Origin: Giardia intestinalis | Lineage: Eukaryota | Length of the DNA stretch: 64,000 nucleotides | Assembly (NCBI GenBank): GCA_000002435.2 | Contig: CM018790.1 | Reading direction: 5' to 3' (one strand) | Part shown: positions 50,478 through 60,634 of the stretch, one piece after another | Position numbering within the stretch: the first letter of the stretch is position 1 | How the letters are laid out: each line of letters opens with the position of its first letter | Notes under the pieces: model-generated | Database searches by the model: none | Told to the model about the DNA's origin: nothing | What the model saw: only the letters and a program-made list of their open reading frames with translations | Position numbers and translations under genes: made by a program

Positions 50478-51422
50478 TTACTCCTGCATGGCAAGCCAGC
50501 GCTCGGCGTCGAGTGCCGCCTTGCTCCCAGATCCTGCTGCAACGACAGCCTGACGGTAGAGGTGGTCGCAGCAGTCGCCGGCGGCAAATACGCCATCCAC
50601 GGAAGTCCTCTGAGTGGGGTGGTCCTTGAGCAGGATATACCCGGCCTCATCCTGCTCCAGCTGCCCCTTCTTGAGGAACGACGTCTGGGGATCGTGGCCA
50701 ACGGCCCAATAGAGGGCGCCAGCGTTGAGAGTGCGGGTCTTCCCGTCTTTGAGGTTCTTGATGGAGACCGAGGTAACGCACTTACCGTCGCCCTTGATCT
50801 CATCGATGGCAGAGTCGTAAATTATCTCTATCAGCTTTTCGTTCATGACCTTCTTGACCATGGCGGCAGAGGCGCGGAACTTGTCGCGCCTGAGAACCAT
50901 ATAGACCTTCGTGGCGATCTTTGTGAGGTAGGTGGCCTCTTCGCACGCAACATCGCCTCCGCCGACGACAACGACCTCCTTCCCGGTGGCCATGGCAGAA
51001 TCGCAGACAGCGCAGGCCGACACCCCCTTTTGCCAGTACTCCTTCTCGCCCTTGCAATCCAGGCGGCGAGCCGTGGCACCCGTCGCAATGATAAGGGCGT
51101 CAGCGAGCGTTGTTTCATTTTCGTAGCCGTGAACGATCTTGAAAGGTCGCGAGGAGACGTCGATGCTGTGAACGTCCTCATAGAGGAGCTCCGCGCCACA
51201 GTGCTCCGCCTGGTTCTGGATAGCCTCCATGAGAGCAGGCCCCTTGATAGCGGTGTGAGAAGGGAAGTTCTCCACATCCGTGGTGGTGAACATCTGAGAC
51301 GTGTGCTCAATCCCCACAAAGACGCAGGTCTTCAGATTCGCGCGCGACGCGTAAATCCCCGCAGTGAGGCCTGCAGGGCCTCCGCCGATGATTCCGATCC
51401 TGACGTGGCGCTGAGTGGACAT
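50478..51422 (-). CDS. Thioredoxin reductase (low-Mr, TrxB-type)
   Basis: FAD site IIGGGPAG, the redox-active CAVC motif, NADPH site VVVGGGD and C-terminal GDCCD..YRQAVVAAGSG. Very GC3-rich, giving long spurious antisense ORFs. Confidence 0.9.
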   Translation of the reverse strand: MSTQRHVRIGIIGGGPAGLTAGIYASRANLKTCVFVGIEHTSQMFTTTDVENFPSHTAIKGPALMEAIQNQAEHCGAELLYEDVHSIDVSSRPFKIVHGYENETTLADALIIATGATARRLDCKGEKEYWQKGVSACAVCDSAMATGKEVVVVGGGDVACEEATYLTKIATKVYMVLRRDKFRASAAMVKKVMNEKLIEIIYDSAIDEIKGDGKCVTSVSIKNLKDGKTRTLNAGALYWAVGHDPQTSFLKKGQLEQDEAGYILLKDHPTQRTSVDGVFAAGDCCDHLYRQAVVAAGSGSKAALDAERWLAMQE

Positions 51423-51996
51423 TTAAAAATGCTCGTAGTTTTTGAAATTTAAAGACTTTTAGTCATAGTTATTGATTTGTGGAGGGACTCCTACCACATG
51501 GACCAGCATGATTCTGCTATGCAACCATAGAATTCACGAAACTGCACCTTAGAAAAAAAGTCCCCCGGCACTACTTTCTGGAGCCAGCCACTGAAGCTAT
51601 ATGATCCAAGGCCTGTGAAGCTAGTGTTGGGGGCACGCCCATGTCCAGGAAGAGTGTCTTGAGAAATGCGTCCGGGGCTATAGATTGCTGCCCTGTGGAT
51701 CCGTGCACCCTAAGCCCCGCATCGAGCATTTCAAACACCTTGCTCTCGGCTTCCTGTATGCGCTGCTTAGCATTGTACCTACCTGGCCCCAACCAGTACT
51801 CCAGTACGAGGACAGAGGTGAGCAGATCTATGCCGTTTTGCATTTCTGTAATTTGATAATGTAAATGGAAAGAAGCTTTTCATCCTACCAGAAATCTACC
51901 TTTTCATGTCACTGTTTCTTAGTAATAGAATTTTAAATTGGAATGGCAAATCAATTTGAATCTTAAAATCGAATTAGTAGGCCCCTCACCTCTGGC

Positions 51997-53403
51997 ATGA
52001 AGATTGAGATCGAGCAGGTTACCTCCGATAGACAGAAGAGAATCGACGCACACTCCCACATAAAGAAGCTCGGGCTTGATGGGGATGGGAAGCCGCGAGC
52101 AGAGGACGGAGGGTTCATCGGCCAAGAGGCTGCGCGCGAGGCAGCCGGGATCGTTGTGGAGCTCATCAAGCAGAAAAGGCTTGCAGGTCGCTCTGTTCTA
52201 CTTGCAGGCCCGAGCAGCACTGGGAAAACTGCCATCTCTCTTGGGATTGCTCGTGAGCTTGGTGATTCCGTTCCGTTTGCTCACCTAGTTGCATCAGAGG
52301 TTTTTAGTGCAGAGGTTAAGAAAACAGAGGTTCTCATGGAGCATTTTCGTCGGGCTATTGGACTCCGCATCAAAGAGGTCAAGGAGGTCTTTGAAGGAGA
52401 GGTGGCGAGCATCAACGCAATAGAGGCCCCTTCAAACGGCCCTGGGGCGCCAAAGACTATCAGCCACGTCAATATCACCCTTCGCACACGAAAGTCCTCC
52501 AGGGAGCTAAAGCTAGACGGAATTATTTACCAGCAGCTTGAGGCGCAGAAGATCCGCGTGGGCGACATCATTTACATAGAAGCCAACTCTGGTCTTGTGA
52601 AAAGACTTGGACGTTCTGACAAGTTGGCCTCAGAGACTCAGCTAGAGTCAGATTCGTATGTGCCGATGCCCAAGGGGGAGGTGCATAGGAAGCGCGAGAT
52701 TGTGCAGGATATCACCCTCCATGATCTAGATATTGCTAACGCCAATCCCAGGGGCGGCCAGGACCTAGTCTCTATTATGAATCAGTTCAACAAGATAAGG
52801 AAGACAGAGATCACGGACAAGCTGCGCCAAGAGATAGACAAGGTGGTCTCGCGCTACCTGAATCAAGGAATCTGTGAGCTCCAGTCTGGGCTGCTTTTTA
52901 TTGACGAGGCGCACCTTCTTGATTTGGAGTGCTTCTCCTTCCTGAACAAAGCGATGGAAAGCCCGCTTGCCCCTGTTATCATCTTTGCGACTAACCGTGG
53001 TATCTGTGAGATTCGAGGAAGCGGTGGCGTCAAGAGTCCTCATGGCCTTCCTCGTGACCTTCTCGATCGGTTACTTGTCATCAAAACGCTTCCCTATCAG
53101 CAGGAAGACATCGCCAAGATCCTTAAACTTCGTGCATCCGTTGAGGAGATACCCTTGACGAGTGCGGCCCTGGAGAGGCTTGCAGAGCTGGGACACAGTT
53201 CCAGTCTCCGATACGCGATGCAGCTCCTCTTTCCGGCCTTCGTAGTGGCTAAGTTAGAGGCTGCCGGTGGGCTCACAGTCATAGACAGCGCTGGAGGCGT
53301 TGAAGTAGATTTGAGGCACGTGGAAGAGGTCTCTGAGCTCTTCATGGACGCAAAGCGTGCTGTACATAAGATTCAAACCGATGCAACTGGATACCTCAAG
53401 TGA
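51997..53403 (+). CDS. RUVBL1: RuvB-like helicase 1 (Pontin/TIP49a-type AAA+ ATPase)
   Basis: Walker [10 protein letters not shown], ..[37 protein letters not shown].. (near-identical to RUVBL1 [29 protein letters not shown]), and Walker B LFIDEAH. Confidence 0.85.
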   Translation: [468 protein letters not shown]

Positions 53404-53498
53404 TCACTGCATCTTGAGGCAGTAAACGATTGTTCTATGGCATGGCTCTCTCTCAACAGCTGTTCTGGGCGTCCAGGGGTGGTTGGTCGGTTTAAAAA

Positions 53499-54164
53499 AT
53501 GTTGGTCAAGACAGTCCCATACACCCCTGTCAATCCCACCCTGACGCACTCTATGCCTCCCCTGAGCCTGGGGACAACAATCATTGTAATGAAATACTCC
53601 AATGGGGTTCTTCTCTCTGCCGACACACGGGCGACCATGGGGAACTTAGTAGTGGATCGCTTTATCCCCAAGGTTTTGCCCATCACTGATAAGATTTACA
53701 CATGCATTGCCGGAAGCGTGTCTCATGCACAGTTTTTGGTGAACGAAGTCAGAGCCCACTTGATGACCCAGCAAATGGATCTCCATGCCAATCTGAATGG
53801 CATGGACCCAATGGTTGCTACAGCAGCAAACATCATAAGCATATATTTGCACAAGTATCGCGAGTTCCTTCATGCAGCCTTCATTCTAGGGGGCGTGGAC
53901 AACACTGGGTTCCACTGCATCAACTCTATGATAGGTGGCTCTGTGCTAGAGGAAGACTACGCTATTTCTGGCTCTGGAGGCGTCTTTATCAAGGGGCTAA
54001 TGAAGGAACTGTACAGACCAGAGCTTACTCGCACAGAGGCTATCAATCTCGCCCATAAGCTTCTGAAGACAGCCATTTCTTTAGACACAAAATCGGGAGG
54101 ATTCATGCGTTTTGTGGCTGTTGAGCAAGATGGACTGGCTGAGGAGGGAACACGCATGCTGTGA
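53499..54164 (+). CDS. 20S proteasome beta-type subunit (N-terminal Thr present after a short propeptide)
   Basis: ..LSLGTTIIVMKYSNGVLLSADTRAT.. and GSGGVFIKGLMKELYRPELTRTEAINLAHKLLKTAI are typical of catalytic beta subunits. Confidence 0.85.
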   Translation: MLVKTVPYTPVNPTLTHSMPPLSLGTTIIVMKYSNGVLLSADTRATMGNLVVDRFIPKVLPITDKIYTCIAGSVSHAQFLVNEVRAHLMTQQMDLHANLNGMDPMVATAANIISIYLHKYREFLHAAFILGGVDNTGFHCINSMIGGSVLEEDYAISGSGGVFIKGLMKELYRPELTRTEAINLAHKLLKTAISLDTKSGGFMRFVAVEQDGLAEEGTRML

Positions 54165-54165
54165 T

Positions 54166-55134
54166 TTACTCCGAGTATTGCTTCTGAGTAAACGTTTTGT
54201 ACGATGCTGTTGCTGCGCTGATCAGAAACGCGATTGCAGCAGTTGGGTCTGCCTCAGTGGTGGATGGCTTGTGGAGGATGTGCTCAAGAAGCGCCAAGGA
54301 GGAATGGTAGCTGCGATAGGAGACAGCCAGTGGAGTCTCCAGGTACTCCTCATAGCATTCAATTGCTGCAGAGACAGCACCACCCTGTGCATAGCGGTCT
54401 ATGTCTGCATATATAGCTGATAGTGATGAGTTCATCACTCCTGCGCATCGAATGGCATAATTGACCAGAGTCTTGTTGTCCGCAACAGAATCACGCAGAG
54501 CACACAGAGTATTAGCTATTTGATGTGCTGCCTGCAAGTAACAGATGTAAAATGCGTTGTACAGTGCTGCTCGGCTTAGAGGTGAATCGGCAGAGAGGGC
54601 AGGGTCAAACTTCCATTGGCAATCCAAATAGACCGCTGGAAAGACATCAGAGAAGTCTTCATTAAGGTGATTCAGAAGTCTGGAGCAATCCGTAGATGCA
54701 TCCGGCTCTTCAGCAAATGGAAAGTACTTCATGCTAAGAAAGCGCTCAGGATTGGAAAGATGTAGAGATATAGATGATGGAGGAGAATCGACAGTTACGG
54801 GTGGAGGACCGTAATTATCTGGATAAAGTAACTGCGGAACAACCTCTAGATTTGGTCCAAAGTGGAGCAGAGCAGATATGACGAGCTCTGGTTGAGTTTT
54901 CGAACTAAACCGCTTTCGGAGAGCAATGCCTAGTCTGCGGATATTAGTATCGCTTTCAATATATGGAGCTATCACTAGATCTGCTCCATGTTCTCTGTAG
55001 CATTTCATGTACTGTTCTCGTATGATCTGCCCCTGCTCTGCGGTAAGGCGATACCATCCCAGGTCTAAGAAACACGCCGGTAGATCCTCCAGAGAATCGA
55101 CAGAGAGAGAAATGGATGGGGGCTCTGGTACCAT
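54166..55134 (-). CDS. hypothetical protein, 322 aa
   Basis: An ATG-initiated ORF with normal composition and no recognised motif. It ends 2 nt from the proteasome subunit's stop. Confidence 0.5.
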   Translation of the reverse strand: MVPEPPSISLSVDSLEDLPACFLDLGWYRLTAEQGQIIREQYMKCYREHGADLVIAPYIESDTNIRRLGIALRKRFSSKTQPELVISALLHFGPNLEVVPQLLYPDNYGPPPVTVDSPPSSISLHLSNPERFLSMKYFPFAEEPDASTDCSRLLNHLNEDFSDVFPAVYLDCQWKFDPALSADSPLSRAALYNAFYICYLQAAHQIANTLCALRDSVADNKTLVNYAIRCAGVMNSSLSAIYADIDRYAQGGAVSAAIECYEEYLETPLAVSYRSYHSSLALLEHILHKPSTTEADPTAAIAFLISAATASYKTFTQKQYSE

Positions 55135-55461
55135 TTACACGGGGTGGCTAGCGGTTTTGAGCTTCTTCGTTTATTTGTAGTTCTGACGTGCATGGGTCAT
55201 CGGAATACCTCTTTAGAAAAGCTATGGTGGCTCATTGCGCTCTTTCTGCATCACCCATTCGCTACCAACAAGAGGTTCCAGAAGTATACTTTGATCTTTA
55301 TCAATCCAGGAAGCGCTTCTCTTCGCCAGATTAAAGATGCCTTTCAGATAATCGTCTGGATGCGTCGCTAATCACACACGCTAGTCAATAGTTGACTTCT
55401 TTAGAGCTCAACGGGGTGGAGCATTAAATTTCCAAAATCGGATTCGTTCGGTTGTCACAAT

Positions 55462-58400
55462 ATGTCAAACGACTCCACATTTCCCGCGTTGGGAATGGAA
55501 CTTGTAAAGCTTGATATGCGGAGCTTTAAAGCCATATCGCTTGAGGTCATACAGACAGCTTATGTGGACATCTCCTTAACCCTCCAGCTCTTCGAGAAGC
55601 ACATTTCCAGTAGTGCAATTGCCTCTACACCTAAGTTTTACTGGCCACTAATACGCTATGGACGGACTCAGCTTTGCGGAGATGACCTTTTACTTGAGAC
55701 TTGCCCTCATGATGGCGTACAATTGGACAAGGCCCTCAAGCCATTCATGAAAGAGCCCCTAGCTGTTCGCGAACAGCTGCTTTATGATGTTACACACGGT
55801 ATCTACTATGCTTTGGACCTCCTTTACGGGCGTGTTCAACCAGGGGAGCTTTGCATTCGCTCTCATCTGCGCCTCAGCATGGCAACAGTTTACCTTTCCA
55901 GTGACAGGAGGGTCTACCTGGGGAACTATTCATTACCTTGCATCAGGAGTGAGAATGTGTTGACAGCCTCGAAGAACGAGGCTTTTCAGCTCGACAGAAC
56001 CATGCTGCTGGTTATGCTACGGTATGCAGTTGGCTTGCTTTCTCTCTCACCTCTTCCAAAGGACTCCAAAGTAAAGGAGATCCTCGATTTGACTCAGAAC
56101 AGTGCATCTTATCCATTTGAAGCTATTCTTGCCACCATAGGCATACACCCTATCTCTTTTGCAGATCTCTCTCACAAAACAGATACAGTTGCCAGCAGTC
56201 AGAGTCAGGTACCTAACACCAAGTCATTGCCACCGTCTGTACCGATACCAGCACCTAAGCTAGTATCTGGTAGCACATATGTGTCTTCACAGGCTCAGGT
56301 AGCTCGTGATGGCAGTCATAGCTTTAATGGAGCAATAGATACCCTCAACTACCTTAGCACGTCTCAGTTGCGGCTCATGCACCTGTCGAGATCTGTTAAC
56401 ACTTCCCAGATAGAGCATGAGGACCCAGCAGCTGAACTGGAAAGGACGTCTAACGGTTTCTATAGTTCTGTGTGCGAAGAAAGCCTTCTGGTCGCGCAAG
56501 TATATGATCGAGCGCTCATCCCATTTGAAACGTTTCTAGATATTAAGAACTACTACAGTGGGGAAACAAGAAGAGTCTTTGTTTCCGTCGAGAAGGTGTG
56601 TCCTACTCGTCTATACGTGGCTGACATCTATCGTTTTATCAAGGACAATAGCATCAAGATGCTCATGCAGAGCCGTCGCGTTCTTACTTTGTTGACACAC
56701 GAAGATCTATATATGCAGCTCCACAGTAGAGGTACATCCGAGCTGTTGCATTTTCTGACAGAAAAGGATAACATGGTGCTTATCTTGCAAGCAGCATTGA
56801 GTGGAATCTTTATTGAACGACAAGTACCGGTTCTTCCTACAATCAGATACACCCTTATAAATAGTCTTCCCAGTTTTATCGGTCTCTTTTTCAATATCCC
56901 CGCAGTTGCTGCATCGTTCTTGGAAGATCAGCAGCTCATTTCAATCTTTTTCAATAGTCTAAATAATTTTGTCAATCAATCTTTAGTTCGTAATTTGTCA
57001 AAAAGCGATTCAGCAGATTCTGATGTGCGGATGTGCTGCTTGGCCAATCTGCGGTTAATCTTCACCATCCTTTATCAAAACTATGAGTCCCAATTATTCA
57101 TGATATTCTCTTCCAATCAGTTCAACTGGAACGCTCTTCTGCTTCAGATGGCTATGTGCCCCATGTTTTCTAAGGAGATCGTCCCCATCATGAAGTCCAA
57201 CCGTCTTCGTAGGGAGCTCGTGAACAGCATGATCCAAGAGCTGCATCAGATCACTCCTACTGCATCCTTTTCTTATTGCTCGAAGTTTTGCATATGCGAG
57301 CATCTGCGTGCCTTTTCACAAATCAATAGTACGCTCTTTTACTTCTTCTCTGAGCAAATAACTGGTTTATATAACCTGGTAGTCGCCCTACTGTCCTGCA
57401 GAAACGATAACATACAGATTTCTGGGGAGCTTATCAATATCGTGGCAACATATCTAGCTAGACTGTTGTATCTTGATGTTCACAGTCTGATTCAGAAGAA
57501 GGGCCGAGATCCACATCGGTTGAAAACAATACGCCCAACAGTAACACGGATGAGCACCATAGTCAAAGCCATTGCAAGCACTCTTGGGAAGACTACAACC
57601 TTCTCTGCGCAGGATACAAGCCGAGTATACTATGGGCTTTTATTTATTTGTCGCATTTATTGTGCTGTTGGATATATGTTTAAATACATTACTGAGATCT
57701 GTCTGCCAAACCACGATATTGATGCAATCCCCAATCCATTTGCGTGGAACTTTTTTGACGTTCCTGGTAGCGCACACGTTGTAGGATCTTCCTACCTTGG
57801 ATTGGGTGACATTACAGAGTGGGTAGCATACCTAGGCGACGAGGGTTATCAGAGCACGTTGAAAGACATCTTCACGTTGATTAGAGGCCTTCTTACACCC
57901 GAGTTGTCATCGCTTGTCCGCAAGGTTGGCTCTTCTGATGCATTTATCAACATCAATACCATTCAGTGTCTTCTGGCACGGATTAGGCACTCAATCATTG
58001 AGCTGGAGGTCTTGCTCTCCTCTATGGCATCCCCCATGCCTGTCTTGAAAGACATTGGATTCACAGGTAGATTAATGCACTATGTTGAGAGCCACAGAGA
58101 AGGGAAAGACTATCACGAGCCTATTGAGAGACCAGCAGAATTGGTTCTTATCATCTCCACACTTCATGTCGTCGTTAACTTTGCGGTTAAGGCTACGCTT
58201 ACAGATGTTTATATTAGTCGTTGTGCTCTGATGCAGTACGATGTGACCAAAAGTCCTCTGAGCTTCAGCTCACTCTCAATCTCTTATATAGGTCAAGGAG
58301 ATACAGAGGACATAACCAGGTCAACGCAGTATACAGATAGTGAAAACTTCACACCAGAGGTAGCTGATGTCAAGAAGCGATCACCAACAAGTCTTCTCAA

Positions 58401-58554
58401 GTACTGTCGGTTGTTGATGGACAGGAGTGAGATCATAGAGCCGCTTTGCACAGCCCTTGGCTTAGACTTTTCCATTGTTCAGGAGGCTATCACTGCGTTT
58501 GATCTCATTCATGTCTTTAACTCTTACAGTCCCTCGTCGTCTATACAATTATGA
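55462..58554 (+). CDS. hypothetical protein, 1030 aa
   Basis: A long ATG-initiated ORF with no diagnostic motif. Confidence 0.6.
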   Translation: MSNDSTFPALGMELVKLDMRSFKAISLEVIQTAYVDISLTLQLFEKHISSSAIASTPKFYWPLIRYGRTQLCGDDLLLETCPHDGVQLDKALKPFMKEPLAVREQLLYDVTHGIYYALDLLYGRVQPGELCIRSHLRLSMATVYLSSDRRVYLGNYSLPCIRSENVLTASKNEAFQLDRTMLLVMLRYAVGLLSLSPLPKDSKVKEILDLTQNSASYPFEAILATIGIHPISFADLSHKTDTVASSQSQVPNTKSLPPSVPIPAPKLVSGSTYVSSQAQVARDGSHSFNGAIDTLNYLSTSQLRLMHLSRSVNTSQIEHEDPAAELERTSNGFYSSVCEESLLVAQVYDRALIPFETFLDIKNYYSGETRRVFVSVEKVCPTRLYVADIYRFIKDNSIKMLMQSRRVLTLLTHEDLYMQLHSRGTSELLHFLTEKDNMVLILQAALSGIFIERQVPVLPTIRYTLINSLPSFIGLFFNIPAVAASFLEDQQLISIFFNSLNNFVNQSLVRNLSKSDSADSDVRMCCLANLRLIFTILYQNYESQLFMIFSSNQFNWNALLLQMAMCPMFSKEIVPIMKSNRLRRELVNSMIQELHQITPTASFSYCSKFCICEHLRAFSQINSTLFYFFSEQITGLYNLVVALLSCRNDNIQISGELINIVATYLARLLYLDVHSLIQKKGRDPHRLKTIRPTVTRMSTIVKAIASTLGKTTTFSAQDTSRVYYGLLFICRIYCAVGYMFKYITEICLPNHDIDAIPNPFAWNFFDVPGSAHVVGSSYLGLGDITEWVAYLGDEGYQSTLKDIFTLIRGLLTPELSSLVRKVGSSDAFININTIQCLLARIRHSIIELEVLLSSMASPMPVLKDIGFTGRLMHYVESHREGKDYHEPIERPAELVLIISTLHVVVNFAVKATLTDVYISRCALMQYDVTKSPLSFSSLSISYIGQGDTEDITRSTQYTDSENFTPEVADVKKRSPTSLLKYCRLLMDRSEIIEPLCTALGLDFSIVQEAITAFDLIHVFNSYSPSSSIQL

Positions 58555-58672
58555 GACACAATCTTGAACAACCATGGCTGTGTTTGATTTTCTTTACTGA
58601 ATTGCTTACTGAATTTACTGAGTATTCTGTAAAACCAGCATAGGTTCTGTTTGTTATGGAAGTCAGCGGATG

Positions 58673-60634
58673 TCAAGATAGGAATAAGGCCTGAATATTC
58701 TTATTGGGAGAGTTCAGTGCATAAAATTCGGGCAGCTTCCCCAAGGCATCCGGGATGTCCTTTTCGTAGGGGAGAAGGATCTGTGCACACGCATGGTATC
58801 CATTTTGAATACTCAGGATGAGTGCTGTCTTCCCCATATCGTTCTTCTGCTTGGATTGAGTCGAGCAGAGGCAACGCACAAGCAAGGAGTATCCACTTGC
58901 TGCCGCATGCATCAGCATCGTGTTCCCGCGAGAGTCTCTTAGTATCGGGTCGTCACCCACGAGCATGAGCTCATGCACCTTGTGCAATTGCTGCTCTATC
59001 TTTCTGAGCATCATGCTTTCCGAGCTCTTCTTATTATTTAGTGCATCAGTGGGTATGCAATCCGAAATTAAAGAATCTTCTAAACACTCTACATTTATAT
59101 CCTCCACCTTTGGAGTCACCGAGCTTTTGCTTAGCATACCAACAGACTGAACTGGTGTTTGTAAACCTTCCTGAGCATCTGGCTTCTTTGCGAGTTGCTC
59201 TTTGAGGTGTACAAGCTCTGCTTTAAGGTTTGCAATCTCCATAGTATACTGCCCGCATGTAGTCAAAAGGTCTGCATAGCTGGGTTGATCCGGTGCAACC
59301 GCATCCACTTGACCGTAGGTGACTGCTACGTAATTTTTAAGCTGTTCTAGTTCATAGACATGGCGTTGTGATGTCAGTTTAGCTGTCTTAAGCTGCTCCT
59401 TCAGGACAAATATCTCATTGGATTTGTTAACAAGTTCCATGCTTGTTGTTTTTTGCGCTTCACTGAGCTTGAGGATGTCCTCCTGGAGCTTCTTGATAGT
59501 AGCGCTCTGCTGAAGTTGTGCTGGGCTTACTGGGCCCGACTTGGCCACTACGGAAGCCGTCGCAGAGATTGCGCGAATTGCATCACGCGCAAGCAAGGGA
59601 GTAACAGGCTTCTCGGCCGTCTTTGTTGTGTTAGAAGAAAGGGCTCTGAGGCCATACGTATTTATCTGCGCCATATTTTGAACATTCAGCGGGATGTTCG
59701 ATGGAGCTGGTGGAGGACTTGTCGGATGAGTGGCTTGCTGATTATACACATAAGTTATATATTCGAGCACCATGGCCGCTGTAGGCCGTGCCACGGGATC
59801 TACTGTTAGCATAAGATCAATTACAGATGTAAGCTTCTCCGAGTAGCACTTTGGCAGGGGCCTGCGAGATTCTGTGGAGATGCGTTTCTGAAGATCGTCG
59901 ATAGTTGGAGACGGATAAGGAAGCCTGAAGGAGCATATTTCATACAGGGTGATGCCGAGAGACCATATATCTGCCTTGGCAGTGTACCCCTTACCTTCTA
60001 AAAGCTCGGGGGCCATGTAAAGAGGTGTCCCTGCTCTGGTTGCTGTCATGTCGGTTGTACTCGATAGGACCCTACAGAACCCGAAATCTGCTAGCTTTAT
60101 TGCACCAGAGTGGTTAACCAGGAGGTTTGCCGGCTTAATATCTCTATGTAGTACCACTTTCGGCTGCAGATTGGAAGAATCAATATCCTTCGACCCTGTG
60201 CTGGGACCTTTTGAGGTTGCGGGATTGAACTTGAACGGGGAGTGGCAGTATACTAAGGCATCCAGGACTTGTTTACCAATGTCAAGGACATACGCCTCTG
60301 AGAGGTAATTCCCCGCCCGCTTTGCATTCATCATTATACTAGAGAGGTCACCATTAGTGCAGAACTCCATGATTACGTAAAGTACTTCCGATGCTTTGTC
60401 ATGGATAATCTCGTGATGCCGAATGATGTGAGGGTGAACCAAGGTTGTCACAATGTTGACTTCCTGCTCAAGGATACCCCGTTCCTTGGCCCCCATGTTT
60501 GTGTAACATATTTCTTTGCATGCATATATCTCGCTTGTGCTGACGTGTTGAACTCGATAAACCTTCCCATAACTGCCGGATCCGCAAAGCCCAATGACCC
60601 TGTATGTGTTGTTAATCAGATTCTTGTCGTACAT
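58673..60634 (-). CDS. NEK-family serine/threonine kinase (catalytically competent motifs) with a coiled-coil linker and C-terminal ankyrin repeats
   Basis: The track start 60739 is TTG; the first ATG gives MYDKNLINNTYRV. Motifs: GSGSYGKVY, YACKEI, HRDIKPANLL, DFG, TPLYMAPE, DIWSLG. There is a ~120-aa coiled-coil, then ankyrin repeats (GNTMLMHAAASGY, GKTALILSIQNGY). Confidence 0.85.
   Translation of the reverse strand: MYDKNLINNTYRVIGLCGSGSYGKVYRVQHVSTSEIYACKEICYTNMGAKERGILEQEVNIVTTLVHPHIIRHHEIIHDKASEVLYVIMEFCTNGDLSSIMMNAKRAGNYLSEAYVLDIGKQVLDALVYCHSPFKFNPATSKGPSTGSKDIDSSNLQPKVVLHRDIKPANLLVNHSGAIKLADFGFCRVLSSTTDMTATRAGTPLYMAPELLEGKGYTAKADIWSLGITLYEICSFRLPYPSPTIDDLQKRISTESRRPLPKCYSEKLTSVIDLMLTVDPVARPTAAMVLEYITYVYNQQATHPTSPPPAPSNIPLNVQNMAQINTYGLRALSSNTTKTAEKPVTPLLARDAIRAISATASVVAKSGPVSPAQLQQSATIKKLQEDILKLSEAQKTTSMELVNKSNEIFVLKEQLKTAKLTSQRHVYELEQLKNYVAVTYGQVDAVAPDQPSYADLLTTCGQYTMEIANLKAELVHLKEQLAKKPDAQEGLQTPVQSVGMLSKSSVTPKVEDINVECLEDSLISDCIPTDALNNKKSSESMMLRKIEQQLHKVHELMLVGDDPILRDSRGNTMLMHAAASGYSLLVRCLCSTQSKQKNDMGKTALILSIQNGYHACAQILLPYEKDIPDALGKLPEFYALNSPNKNIQALFLS

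Noticed and set aside
50562-51452. 296-aa plus-strand ORF (and 50843..51319, 50800..51057 minus-strand ORFs) overlapping the thioredoxin reductase gene
   Set aside because: They lie antisense or out of frame to a gene with unmistakable TrxR motifs. Stop-codon scarcity in GC3-rich sequence explains them, and no motifs are present.
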